A stretch of 64,000 nt of DNA from Terriglobia bacterium (GTDB taxonomy: Bacteria > Acidobacteriota > Terriglobia > 20CM-2-55-15): assembly GCA_963664115.2 (NCBI GenBank), contig CAXWPJ010000009.1:32001-96000 (forward strand). Direction: 5' to 3'. Below the pieces are notes generated by a model, which ran no database searches, had not been told where the DNA came from, and saw nothing but the letters and a program-made list of their open reading frames with translations. Shown here one piece after another: positions 37,724-47,036 of this stretch. Position 1 is the first letter of the stretch, and the number at the start of each line of letters is the position of its first letter. The position numbers and the translations under genes were made by a program.

Positions 37724-39262
37724 ATGGAGCGCATACTCATTATCCATAGTAGGCAATCCGCGTCGGGGACCCTAGCTGAACTTTTAGAGACAAAAGGATA
37801 CAGGGTAGAAGAAGCGAACGACGTACCTGGGCTCTTGAAGGACGGGCAACCCTACGATCTGGTCTTCTGCCAGGCGGGCCCGGACCCGGAGGACGGTCTT
37901 GAATGGGTCCGTAAGATCGGCCAGACAGATCCAGAACTCCTGACGATCCTCGTCGCCGACGCGTCGGATCCGTCGATCGCGTTGGACGGGATTCGGGCCG
38001 GTGCCTTCGATTTCCTCCCCGCACCGGTGAGGGTGCAGGGGCTCGAAGCCGTGTTAGCCAGGGCTCGGAATCAGCATAGGATCGCCAAAGAGAACGAAAG
38101 ACACCGGCGACAGCTTGAAAAAACGGTTATCGATCGAGATTCCGAGCTGTCGATCATCCGTAAAACGCTGACAGAGTTGCATGGACTCGGTTTGCCGAGC
38201 CCCGCGGACGATCCCGAATCCCATCTGAAAGGTTTCGCGGATTTCGCGTTGCACGACTTCGATTTCGATACATTCGGTGTCTGCGTCCTTGAAAACGGCA
38301 GCTTCAAAAAACTGATCTTCATGGACCGGTTCGGCCGTCACCCGGATCCCTTCGTTCTCGAACCCACGTCCGATTTGTACCGTGCGGTCCTCGAGAAAAG
38401 CCCGGATCTGGAAGAACCACCTCACGGATGGTACCTGCAGAAGAAGAATCGCTGGGGCGCGTGCTGGCTCTTGGAACACCCGGCACTTGTGGGCTTCATA
38501 TACGCGGGTTCCGACCATCATGACCGGGGGGCCAAAGCAGCCAGAGACCTCAGTCACGATGCGTTCCGCTTCTTCAGGAACAGAATCGATACCTTCCTTC
38601 GGGAACATTACCTGGTACAGACATTCAAGCAACAGCAGCGTCGGATGTTCGTGGCCTCGGTCCAGTCACACGCCCGGTCGATTGAAGCCAAGGACATCTA
38701 TACCGCGGGCCACTGCGACCGTGTGGAACGCTACTCCGAACTATTGGCCCGGCAAGCGGGTGGATTCAGTGAGGAATGGATCTTCAACTTGCGTATCGGC
38801 GCGATCCTTCACGACATCGGGAAGATCGGAGTCCCGACGGCCCTACTGTGCAAGCCCGGCATGTTGAGCGTGGAAGAACAACAGCAGGTTCAGTCTCACC
38901 CTGTCATCGGCGGCCGGATTGTTCGCGCAATGGAAGAATTCAAACTGGAATCGTCCGTCCGCCACCATCACGAGTGCTTTGACGGCAAGGGCTATCCCGA
39001 CGGTTTGAAGGGTGAGGCCATTCCGATCGAAGCCCGGCTGATACTTGCAGCCGATACCTTTGACGCCATGACCAGCAATCGGCCCTACCGGCGCGCCCTA
39101 TCCACAGATCGGGCCATCGACGAACTGAAGAAGTTTTCGGGTAAGCAATTCGATCCGGAAGTCGTCCGATGGATGGTTCAGGCTGCGCCGTCGCTGGAAG
39201 AAGCGCGCCAGAACTCAAGCAAAACCGTAAACCCGTTGAAAGAGATGGCAGAAGCGGTTTAG
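37724..39262 (+). CDS. HD-GYP phosphodiesterase with a degenerate N-terminal REC domain
   Basis: EAKDIYTAGHCDRV, LHDIGKIG, HHECFDGKGYPDGL, ADTFDAMTSNRPYR. Confidence 0.92.
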   Translation: MERILIIHSRQSASGTLAELLETKGYRVEEANDVPGLLKDGQPYDLVFCQAGPDPEDGLEWVRKIGQTDPELLTILVADASDPSIALDGIRAGAFDFLPAPVRVQGLEAVLARARNQHRIAKENERHRRQLEKTVIDRDSELSIIRKTLTELHGLGLPSPADDPESHLKGFADFALHDFDFDTFGVCVLENGSFKKLIFMDRFGRHPDPFVLEPTSDLYRAVLEKSPDLEEPPHGWYLQKKNRWGACWLLEHPALVGFIYAGSDHHDRGAKAARDLSHDAFRFFRNRIDTFLREHYLVQTFKQQQRRMFVASVQSHARSIEAKDIYTAGHCDRVERYSELLARQAGGFSEEWIFNLRIGAILHDIGKIGVPTALLCKPGMLSVEEQQQVQSHPVIGGRIVRAMEEFKLESSVRHHHECFDGKGYPDGLKGEAIPIEARLILAADTFDAMTSNRPYRRALSTDRAIDELKKFSGKQFDPEVVRWMVQAAPSLEEARQNSSKTVNPLKEMAEAV

Positions 39263-39328
39263 GGGACGGACACTTCATGAAACCTGGCACTCGCAAGCAC
39301 AGGACTTCGCCAGAAGTGTCCGTCCCCT
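39261..39328. repeat. 16-bp inverted repeat between convergent genes (REP-like or terminator)
   Basis: AGGGGACGGACACTTC / GAAGTGTCCGTCCCCT; related copy at 40382-40412. Confidence 0.75.
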
Positions 39329-39341
39329 GAAATCTACTATT

Positions 39342-40325
39342 TCACTCGTCTGCACCCGAAGGACGCGACATGTAATAACCGCCGCGATGGCGCACGGTCG
39401 CGCCGGGGCGGTCCAGATCCACCTGAATGTCCCGCCAATCCTGGTTGATTAAACTCCTCGGGTAGTAACTCAGCGTGTACTGCTGGTGCAACTCCTCGAG
39501 GAGAATCTCGGCCAGGCTTCTCAAGGCGTAACGTCGTCCCGTATACAGACGGAACGCCCGGCCACCGGTGACATCGGTGAGCAGGGCCAGCATGTAGTGA
39601 TACACGTGATATCGGGTCCGGCGCATCACCTCGGGGTCGCTGTCATCATCATCAATCCCGATCGCATAGACCAGAACCTGATTGCGCTTCAGCATCTCGT
39701 CGATGTCGTCGGGCCGGAGCTTGCTGCGCGTATCGAAACCGTCGGTGATCAACAGCAGGATCTTCTTGTCGTGCTGAGACGAATCCATCATTTCCAACGC
39801 CAGACCAATCGCATCGAAGGCTGCCGTCTCACCGCCGGAACGCACACCCCTGAAAATCTCGGGCAGTTCCGGTCCAACCGTCGTGAACTCGGTCAGCACC
39901 TTGCTATTGTTTGAGAAGGAGATGACAAAGACTTCATCCGCCGGAGACAGGGCCATCGCGAGTTCCCGCGCAACCTGCAGCGATTGCTGCAACTTGTGCC
40001 GCATGCTGCCACTGGTGTCGACGAGAATCCCCATGCTGACCGGCACTTGCTGATCGTGGGAAAAGAACGAGACTTCCTGCCGGACACCGTCCTCGAAGAC
40101 AGTAAAATCGTCAGCAGTCAAGCCTTCGACGTAGCGGCCTTGCCCATCCAGGACGGTCGCCACAACATTGACCAACTCCACTTCGACCGCAAGCTGAAAC
40201 TGCGCGGCCTCCGCCTCTCCATCCGCGGCTTGCCCGTTACCCTGCTGCGGGGTCTCGGCCAGTAATGCTCCTCCCCACAACATGAACGCAAGCGCCGCCA
40301 CCACTCGAAAATATTTTCTAGTCAT
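39342..40325 (-). CDS. Exported VWA-domain protein (acidobacterial type)
   Basis: Signal peptide from ATG 40325; VEVELVNV, FTVFEDG, MIDAS DTSGS, TDG, QYTLSYYP, RGGYY. Confidence 0.9.
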   Translation of the reverse strand: MTRKYFRVVAALAFMLWGGALLAETPQQGNGQAADGEAEAAQFQLAVEVELVNVVATVLDGQGRYVEGLTADDFTVFEDGVRQEVSFFSHDQQVPVSMGILVDTSGSMRHKLQQSLQVARELAMALSPADEVFVISFSNNSKVLTEFTTVGPELPEIFRGVRSGGETAAFDAIGLALEMMDSSQHDKKILLLITDGFDTRSKLRPDDIDEMLKRNQVLVYAIGIDDDDSDPEVMRRTRYHVYHYMLALLTDVTGGRAFRLYTGRRYALRSLAEILLEELHQQYTLSYYPRSLINQDWRDIQVDLDRPGATVRHRGGYYMSRPSGADE

Positions 40326-40800
40326 GATGGCTGATAGTTTTAGGCCAATCACCGGAACCACGTCAACAAAAATCTGCCCAAAGGGACGAACATTTATGAA
40401 GTGTCCGTCCCTAGACGACGCGACTAGGCAACGCGGAAGGGTGGGTCGTCCACATCGTGGGGCAGCGAACTCAGTTCCAAAATCCGGATTTGAACAACCC
40501 GACGTAACAGCTTCGTCTGTCGCTTCAAACACTTAGTTTTAAGCTGTTTATGCCTTTCGCGGTCCGCAACGCGGCGCTTGAATAGCGGCTGTCTTCATCG
40601 ACGGACGGTTGAAACACGGGTAAGTGAAACCGTCCGGAACTTCGACTCCAACGAAACGAGGAAGGCCGCTACGGCGCAACTCATCTGGAAGAACCGTACA
40701 AAGTCGTCGATCATTTTGAAACGGAGTTGTCGGTAGCTGAATGTGTCTAGATTGAACGGGGTCTGCACGGACTTGGTTTCAGGGTCGGAACCGAAGCGAA

Positions 40801-40832
40801 GAAAAAGCGGCGGGGCCAAGCCCCGCCGCTTT
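40801..40832 (-). terminator. Rho-independent terminator of the flagellin gene
   Basis: GCGGCGGGGC-TTG-GCCCCGCCGC followed by TTTTTC on the minus strand. Confidence 0.9.
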
Positions 40833-40864
40833 CATACTATCCTCCATCTGGCGTCTGATCCGGA

Positions 40865-41692
40865 CTAACGGAGCAGCTGCAGGACGGACTGAGACGAGGA
40901 GTTCGCCTGAGACAGCGCGGCCAAACCGCTCTGGGTCAGGATGTTGAACTTCGTCAGGGCTGCCGCTTCTTCGGCAATGTTGGCATCGCGGATTCGGGAT
41001 TCCGAAGCCCGGACACTCACCGACATCGTCTGCGCCTGAGAAATGGCGAAACTCAAGCGGTTCATCGCCGCACCAGCTCGACCCTGGGTCGTACCGAGCG
41101 TTCCGATAGCGGTCTGGATGCTCGAGATAGCCGTGGCTGCGTTGGCCTGGCTGGTGATGTTCTGCGTGCTGACTCCCAAACCCTGGGCGTCGGCAGCCGT
41201 GGTCAGAGCAAACGACACGTAGGTAACGCTGGCGGACGTGCTGGTCTGGGTGTTACCCACGAAAACCGATCGTGCGTTCAGGTTCGCATTGCCGGTTTCG
41301 ATGCCGGCAGCCTGCGCGTTTCGGGTGATTTCCGAAAGGACCGACTGGAACTCCGAGTCCAGAGTCGTTCGGGAACCGGTGAAGGTGTCCGAAGCCGCCT
41401 GGCTGGCGAGAGTCAGAGCGCGATCCAGCAACGAGGAAATGTTGTTCATCGCGCCATCTTCGATCTGCAGTTTGCTGATCGCGTCGTTGGCGCTCCGGAT
41501 ACCGATTGTCAGACCGGTGTTGTCCAACTTATGACGATTGGCAACGGCCAGTCCTGCGGCGTCGTCGGCCGCACTGTTGATACGCAGCCCTGACGTCAGT
41601 CGCGCCAGAGTCCGCTGTAAACCTGATTGTGTCCCTTCCAATGTGGCCTGGGCGTTAATCGACGATAGATTCGTAACTACTGAAAAACTCAT
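40865..41692 (-). CDS. fliC: Flagellin (275 aa, short variable region)
   Basis: RLTSGLRINSAADDAAGLAVA, GAAMNRL, SESRIRDANIAEE; AGGAGG before ATG 41692. Confidence 0.97.
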   Translation of the reverse strand: MSFSVVTNLSSINAQATLEGTQSGLQRTLARLTSGLRINSAADDAAGLAVANRHKLDNTGLTIGIRSANDAISKLQIEDGAMNNISSLLDRALTLASQAASDTFTGSRTTLDSEFQSVLSEITRNAQAAGIETGNANLNARSVFVGNTQTSTSASVTYVSFALTTAADAQGLGVSTQNITSQANAATAISSIQTAIGTLGTTQGRAGAAMNRLSFAISQAQTMSVSVRASESRIRDANIAEEAAALTKFNILTQSGLAALSQANSSSQSVLQLLR

Positions 41693-41696
41693 GGGA

Positions 41697-41773
41697 TCCT
41701 CCTTGAACGTTAATAAGGTTGATCGTCCTTGATCCCGACTGGGTTCTGTAGCCCCGTCCAAACATCCGTGTTG
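41697..41773 (-). promoter_or_regulatory. CsrA-binding sites in the flagellin 5' UTR
   Basis: AACA-CGGA-UGUU, GAUC-AAGGAC-GAUC and CAAGGAGGA (RBS). Confidence 0.7.
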
Positions 41774-41787
41774 TTAGTGTGCTTTCT

Positions 41788-41815
41788 ATATCGGAAGAGG
41801 GATCGGAAATATTTA
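41788..41815 (-). promoter_or_regulatory. sigma28 promoter of flagellin
   Basis: TAAA-N16-TCCGATAT. Confidence 0.8.
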
Positions 41816-41929
41816 GGAAAAACCGCGAAATTATCAAAAACACGGTTTCGAGAGCTGCGGACCGCAGAGAGTGGAGCGTAAGACTAATAACTAAAGGGGT
41901 TTAGCTTGAAAAAAGAAGACTCCATCGAT

Positions 41930-42340
41930 TCAGTGGTCTTCGCGAGCGGCGTTTCTGTTCCAGTCAGGAATATAAACAACGAGGTTACGACTGCCATTTG
42001 CGACGCTCTGACAAGCCAGCCGGCTGTCCGGCGTCAGTCCCGGAGCAAACGAGAGCTGATCCTCTTCCTCGTCGCTCATTTCCGATAGCGTCTCCCCGCC
42101 TTCCTGGACAACACAGTGACATGTGGAACAGGCACATACGCCTCCACACGCATGGTCGAGATCTATCCCATGAGCCAGCGCAACATCGAGAATGCTACCG
42201 GGCAGGCCGGTATCCCCGTAGGGCAGGCGATCCGGATCCACGTCGACGGTCACGTTCATCGGCAGAAATGTAATGGTGAACTTTTCTGTTGGGGCCTCAA
42301 CCGCCGCCAACTCGTCAAAATAGGGATTGCGTCCGCCCAT
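41930..42340 (-). CDS. 2Fe-2S ferredoxin (ISC/adrenodoxin type)
   Basis: HACGGVCACSTCHC...SRLACQ. Confidence 0.93.
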   Translation of the reverse strand: MGGRNPYFDELAAVEAPTEKFTITFLPMNVTVDVDPDRLPYGDTGLPGSILDVALAHGIDLDHACGGVCACSTCHCVVQEGGETLSEMSDEEEDQLSFAPGLTPDSRLACQSVANGSRNLVVYIPDWNRNAAREDH

Positions 42341-42507
42341 ATCAAGATCAATGTTAACACGCGGGAAGGGGATAGACCTGTCGACGCGGTGGGGTCGTGG
42401 GCGGGGGAGGGACCGCTCTAACTACGGGTTGAAGTCCTTGAGCCGGGGAGGTTGAACGCCTGGGGACAGGACTGTCTGTCCCCAAGTGTCCAAGGCGTAC
42501 ACGCGAG

Positions 42508-43026
42508 CTATTGGAGCGCTCGCAGTTCGTTCATGATGATGCCCATCGGAGCCCGTTCCGAGGCGCTCATGCCTATAAACTGCCATCGGATCGTGCCTTC
42601 GCGATCGATAATGAAAGCCGATGGCCGCGCAATACCCTCCTGCGGATGGAGCACATCATAGGCGTTAATGTAAGTCCGCAAAGAGTCGGACAGAACGGGA
42701 TACCGCAAACCCAAGTCCAAAACGGTCTGACGCGCCGTCATCTGAGGGTCCGCACTGAGGGCGATGAGCTCGGCATCGAGCTCCTGAATCTGTTCGTAAT
42801 ACGTTTGCAGCTCGCCGAGCTGCGCTAGGCAAAACGGTCAGGTGTGCATCCGGTAAAATATGACCAAGACATTCTTGTCACCTTCAAAGTACTCCAGGTT
42901 GACAGAAACACCCTGCACGGCCATACCGGTAATATTCGGGGCTTCACGATCCTGCGCCACCGCCGGGATCGCGACCAGCACCAAAAGACAGGCAATTGCC
43001 AAATATCGAGTCCATTTCATAATCAT
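42508..43026 (-). CDS. Exported AhpC/TSA/redoxin-family selenoprotein (UxxC)
   Basis: ORFs 42838-43026 and 42508-42741 are in frame across TGA 42838-42840: FYRMHT-U-PFCLAQLGELQ...YPVLSD...RPSAFIIDREGTIRW. Confidence 0.88.
42802..42837 (-). promoter_or_regulatory. Candidate bacterial SECIS element
   Basis: After UGA: CGUUU/AAACG lower stem, GCAGCUC/GAGCUGC upper stem, G-first loop 21 nt from the UGA. Confidence 0.7.
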
Positions 43027-43697
43027 TCTTCGGCTCCCCCTTCCGAGATCATCGGTACAAATCGTACCGGAATGCCGTCTTGAATGTCCATCCCCAAGGT
43101 CCCGATTCGGGTCACCCGACAGAGAACCTGTTTACCGGCGTCCTTAGCAAGGGGAAGAACCATGACGCCGTCCGGAGAAAGCTGCTCGACCAATCGCGGT
43201 GGGACCCGCCCGGCGCAAGCGGTCACGATAATACGGTCGAAGGGTGCAAATTCGGACCAGCCCTCCCAACCGTTCCCATGGCGAAACCGAAGGTTGCGGT
43301 AACCCCGCCCCCCAAGGCATCGACGCGCATTGTCGAGCAGGGCCACGCGCGCCTCAACCGTAAAGACTTCCCGAACAATCTCAGCAAGAACGGCGGCCTG
43401 ATAACCCGAGCCAGTCCCGATTTCAAGAACCCGCAATTCCGCCCGAAGACCAAGCATCTCTGTCATCAACGCCACGATGTAGGGTTGCGATATTGTCTGT
43501 TCTTCACCGATGGGTAACGGGGAGTCGGCGTAAGCTTCGTCCATATGTTCGGTCCCTACAAAGGCGTGCCGTGGAACCCGGCGCATTGCGGCAAGCACCA
43601 GAGGGTCCCGGATGCTCCGCACCTCGAGTTGCGAGGTGACCATGCGTTGGCGGCGTTCACGGTGTTGGCGGGCGTCTTCGAATTGTTCCGTAGTCAA
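43023..43697 (-). CDS. pcm: Protein-L-isoaspartate O-methyltransferase
   Basis: VPRHAFV, QTISQPYIVA, VLEIGTGSGYQAA, VRFVPM. Confidence 0.96.
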   Translation of the reverse strand: MTTEQFEDARQHRERRQRMVTSQLEVRSIRDPLVLAAMRRVPRHAFVGTEHMDEAYADSPLPIGEEQTISQPYIVALMTEMLGLRAELRVLEIGTGSGYQAAVLAEIVREVFTVEARVALLDNARRCLGGRGYRNLRFRHGNGWEGWSEFAPFDRIIVTACAGRVPPRLVEQLSPDGVMVLPLAKDAGKQVLCRVTRIGTLGMDIQDGIPVRFVPMISEGGAEE

Positions 43698-44449
43698 GGT
43701 TGGATACCAATAACGGAAAACATCCGGCCCTCTCCGGCGCCATCACGCCGGTAGGAGTGAAACATGTCCCCTCGACAGCGCGTACACAGGGTCGACGCCT
43801 GGATCATATGGGCCCTCACGCCGGCGTCGAGCAGTTGCCGGCGGTTGGCTTCTCCCAGATCGAGGTGGGGCTTCGCCCATTCGGGCTTGCGTCGAAAGAT
43901 GTCCGGATTCGCAAACCGGTCGAAAACCTCCTCCCCGACTTCCATACAACAAACGCCAATATGGGGTCCCATGGCCACCGCAAGATCCCCAGCCGATACG
44001 CCGAATTCCGAAACGATGGCATCCACGAGCTTGGGAACCACGCCCTCGGACGTACCGCGCCATCCCGCATGCGCCATCGCCACGACGCGGGCACTGTCAT
44101 CTGCGATCAAAACAGGAACGCAGTCTGCCGTGCGGACTTCCAGGGCCAGTCCGGTCAAACCGGTATACGCCGCGTCGCCCTCCGGCGCAGCGTTTGCAAA
44201 TTCGTTGCCCTCAACGTGAAGAACCACGTTGGAATGGACCTGGCTCAGGCGACCCACAGGCCATCCGGCCAACCCGAGAGCGACCAGAAATCCATCCCGC
44301 TCGCCCTCTACCCGGGGCTTGCCTCCCCCAGTCGCAGGATCTGGGGACCCCTCACGCCGCGTAGAAAATCCATGGACCACTCCGGAAATCCTTTCAAGTA
44401 TGGGCGCCTTGAAAAAAGTCACATCGGAGCTGTGGTGGGCTTGTAACAT
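43694..44449 (-). CDS. pgeF: PgeF/YfiH-family protein
   Basis: HGFSTR, QVHS, TADCVPV, HAGWRG, CT..C, SYRR. Confidence 0.94.
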   Translation of the reverse strand: MLQAHHSSDVTFFKAPILERISGVVHGFSTRREGSPDPATGGGKPRVEGERDGFLVALGLAGWPVGRLSQVHSNVVLHVEGNEFANAAPEGDAAYTGLTGLALEVRTADCVPVLIADDSARVVAMAHAGWRGTSEGVVPKLVDAIVSEFGVSAGDLAVAMGPHIGVCCMEVGEEVFDRFANPDIFRRKPEWAKPHLDLGEANRRQLLDAGVRAHMIQASTLCTRCRGDMFHSYRRDGAGEGRMFSVIGIQP

Positions 44450-44531
44450 AGAGCGGTTTTAAGTGATGCGTCTCCGGAACCGGCTTGTCACTTATCACAT
44501 ACAACCGGGCCAAACAGTAAGGAAACCCCAG

Positions 44532-44933
44532 TTGATTGTTGGCATAGGCATCGACGTCATAGAAAACGAGAGGATCGCCGGGTCCCTTGAACGCTTCCCC
44601 GAGCGCTTTGTTTCCCGAATCTACACGGACCGGGAAAAGGAATACTGCCAGGGATGCGCACGTCCGGCGATTCACTACGCCGCACGGTTTGCCGCCAAGG
44701 AAGCAGCGTTCAAGGCTCTCGGAACCGGATGGGCCAAGGGTGTCCACTGGAAAGATGTCGAAGTCGAACGCCTGCCCTCCGGTCAACCCATACTGCATCT
44801 CTATGGTGGGGCACTGGAACGCGCGACTTCACTGGGCGCGGCTCGGTTCTTCGTCTCGCTCACGCACGATCAGACGATCTCGGCCGCGGTCGTCATCATG
44901 GAATCTTTCGAGACGCAAATGGCCCAACTCTGA
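44532..44933 (+). CDS. acpS: Holo-ACP synthase
   Basis: IVGIGIDV, AARFAAKEAAFKALGTG, VSLTHD; TTG start inferred. Confidence 0.95.
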   Translation: MIVGIGIDVIENERIAGSLERFPERFVSRIYTDREKEYCQGCARPAIHYAARFAAKEAAFKALGTGWAKGVHWKDVEVERLPSGQPILHLYGGALERATSLGAARFFVSLTHDQTISAAVVIMESFETQMAQL

Positions 44934-45185
44934 TTCGCAAATATCGGTCATCAATCACGTAATTGATGTTCGAGATTAGATGGCCCAAGCCCATCAGCAT
45001 GAGCAAAATGGTTAAGACATTGCCATGACTTCAATCATTTCTCACCTGGTGTAACTGGCGACCAACGGATCGACAACAAGCCTGAGGCTGTGGTTACTGA
45101 TTTCGATGTCCGTGAAATCCATTCTAACGTCCGACAAATCATCTCGTCGAAAGCTGATGTTCGGCAAAGTCCAATTTCGGAGCAC

Positions 45186-45446
45186 ATGATGCTTTTTTAC
45201 ATCATCCTGGTGGGATCAATCATCGGGCTCACGCCCTCGGGTCAAAGCAAGCGCAAGCGGTTCGTCTATGTACCCATCGGTGTCGTTGGTGCATTTGTTG
45301 GAGCATTACTGAGTTTCGGTGATGCACCATTTCTGATAAATCACCCATATCTAAATCCTTGGACACTGGCCATAATTTTCTCCACGCTGCTTGTAACCAT
45401 CGCATGGGCTCTGGAGAAGACGTATTTCAGCCTCATGCTGAAATGA
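45186..45446 (+). CDS. Small three-helix membrane protein (GlsB/YeaQ-like)
   Basis: LVGSIIG, IGVVGAFVGALL. Confidence 0.6.
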   Translation: MMLFYIILVGSIIGLTPSGQSKRKRFVYVPIGVVGAFVGALLSFGDAPFLINHPYLNPWTLAIIFSTLLVTIAWALEKTYFSLMLK

Positions 45447-45864
45447 CTGCATGCTTGCCACTTTTTTCCGCACTGGCTTGAAGAACTGAACGATAGGCTG
45501 GGGGAGCGGTGAACGGAGCCCCAAGTCATGTATCTGGACTCCTTCTGTCAATTAGGCGCAGCTCTCCGCTCTGCTTTCTCCGGCAAAATATATTCAGCAG
45601 GACTGACTGGAAGTTACGAGGTTGGAGAACGAGTGTAACGTATGCGACGCACGCCATCGATCAGCTTCCGAACGACCTGGAATTCTCGCCGCCGAGACGC
45701 GCGGGCGGATCGGGATTGTGGTGGGTGCGGAGGGTGCATTCGAGGGGCAATGCCGCCTCCCCGCGTCGAGAGCTCTTAGTTCGCCTGGTCTTCACCGACG
45801 CCAGGCCCAATGGCCCTGGCGTCTGCTGACAATATCGCCCGTCCGTACTTAGGGACGGCGCCGA

Positions 45865-46707
45865 CTAAGTAGGCCGATGCGCCCGGAGAAAGGAGCGTAC
45901 CTGGCGCACTGCCACGGGAATCCGCTCCGGAGGCTCCTTCCACGGGAACATGCTCACTTCGGCGTTCGGTGCGAGCATCGCGGCCTCCATGGCGATGGCG
46001 TACACATGCGCCGGAGTGTCATCCGGCATGATCAGCACGGGCGTCTGGCAATTGCGCACGAAATCTCGATCCACGGTGATGACGAAGTCGATGTTGCGGT
46101 ACATGTTGGTCAGGAATTGGTCGATCATCTCCATCGAGATGTCGGGCCGGCGCTCGGCCAACTCAGGGCCCCAACCACCCATGTTGTTGTTGTAGAAGCG
46201 GTCGGGCTCCTCCGCGTTGAAACCACTGGGCTGCGACAGCACGGCGGCGGCGACACGATCCGGAGCCCGCTTGAGCAGGTTCCAGACGAAGGGGCCGCCG
46301 ACGCAGAAACCCATCACCATGAACTTGTCGATCCCCAGGTGATCCATCAAACCGAGGTGGTCATCGGTATACGAATCCCACGGCCGGTCGATCTCGAGCG
46401 GACCCGAAGACTGGCCGCGATTGGAGTTGCGCAGATCCGACGCGATGCAGCGGAACTCTCCCCTGAACTCTTCGATCGCGTTAAAGGGGCGGGCCAAGCC
46501 GGATATCGAGGAGTTCAATCCCCCGCCGGCGATGAGCAATAACGGGAAGCCGGAACCGAACTCCTCATAGTGAATGCGAACGGGGCCTCTTTCGTAGAAA
46601 GAGCCAGTGCCTTCCTGCCCAGTCTGCTGGGCGAACACGCGCGGCGCTGCGGCCATCGCCGTCACTGCAGCTCCTGCTTTCAGTATTTTGCGTCTGATCG
46701 GATCCAT
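45865..46707 (-). CDS. Tat-exported alpha/beta hydrolase
   Basis: IRRKILK...VFA signal; DLRN; GFCVGG elbow. Confidence 0.85.
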   Translation of the reverse strand: MDPIRRKILKAGAAVTAMAAAPRVFAQQTGQEGTGSFYERGPVRIHYEEFGSGFPLLLIAGGGLNSSISGLARPFNAIEEFRGEFRCIASDLRNSNRGQSSGPLEIDRPWDSYTDDHLGLMDHLGIDKFMVMGFCVGGPFVWNLLKRAPDRVAAAVLSQPSGFNAEEPDRFYNNNMGGWGPELAERRPDISMEMIDQFLTNMYRNIDFVITVDRDFVRNCQTPVLIMPDDTPAHVYAIAMEAAMLAPNAEVSMFPWKEPPERIPVAVRQVRSFLRAHRPT

Positions 46708-47036
46708 AGTCGGGTCCTCCTTGATCATTATTGCGACCGGGGTGTACGACTCAAAGCGCCCGAGCGCTGTCCTTTTGAGCCTCGAAATATATCATGGTCT
46801 TTCGGGAAGAGCGGTCCAAATTGTGAGAAACCGAGCGCCCAAAAATCAACAGCGTCCAAAACTGGCTTGAAGAACTGAAGGTGCGAGTGCCGGTGCCGTA
46901 AAGTGATGCATGGATCCGCTGAAATCAGCCAACTCGTCGGAAGTTGAAAATTTTAGCAAACGGAGGCCAGCAGCCCGTACAGCCCGTAACCAGTTGATTC
47001 AGTAACACTGAATCGCTTGAATCTAATGATCGTTAA

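Noticed and set aside
40413-40800. Possible ncRNA, small ORF or fliD/fliS remnant downstream of fliC
   Set aside because: No recognisable RNA motif or protein similarity by eye
41693-41761. N-terminal extension of flagellin in the ORF track
   Set aside because: The strong RBS precedes ATG 41692; this region is the 5' UTR
45105-45173. Degenerate GATGTYCG...AAA direct repeats upstream of the small membrane gene
   Set aside because: Short and irregularly spaced; cannot be told from chance
45509-45852. ORFs 45509-45829 and 45622-45852
   Set aside because: No RBS or motif support; probably intergenic or degraded sequence
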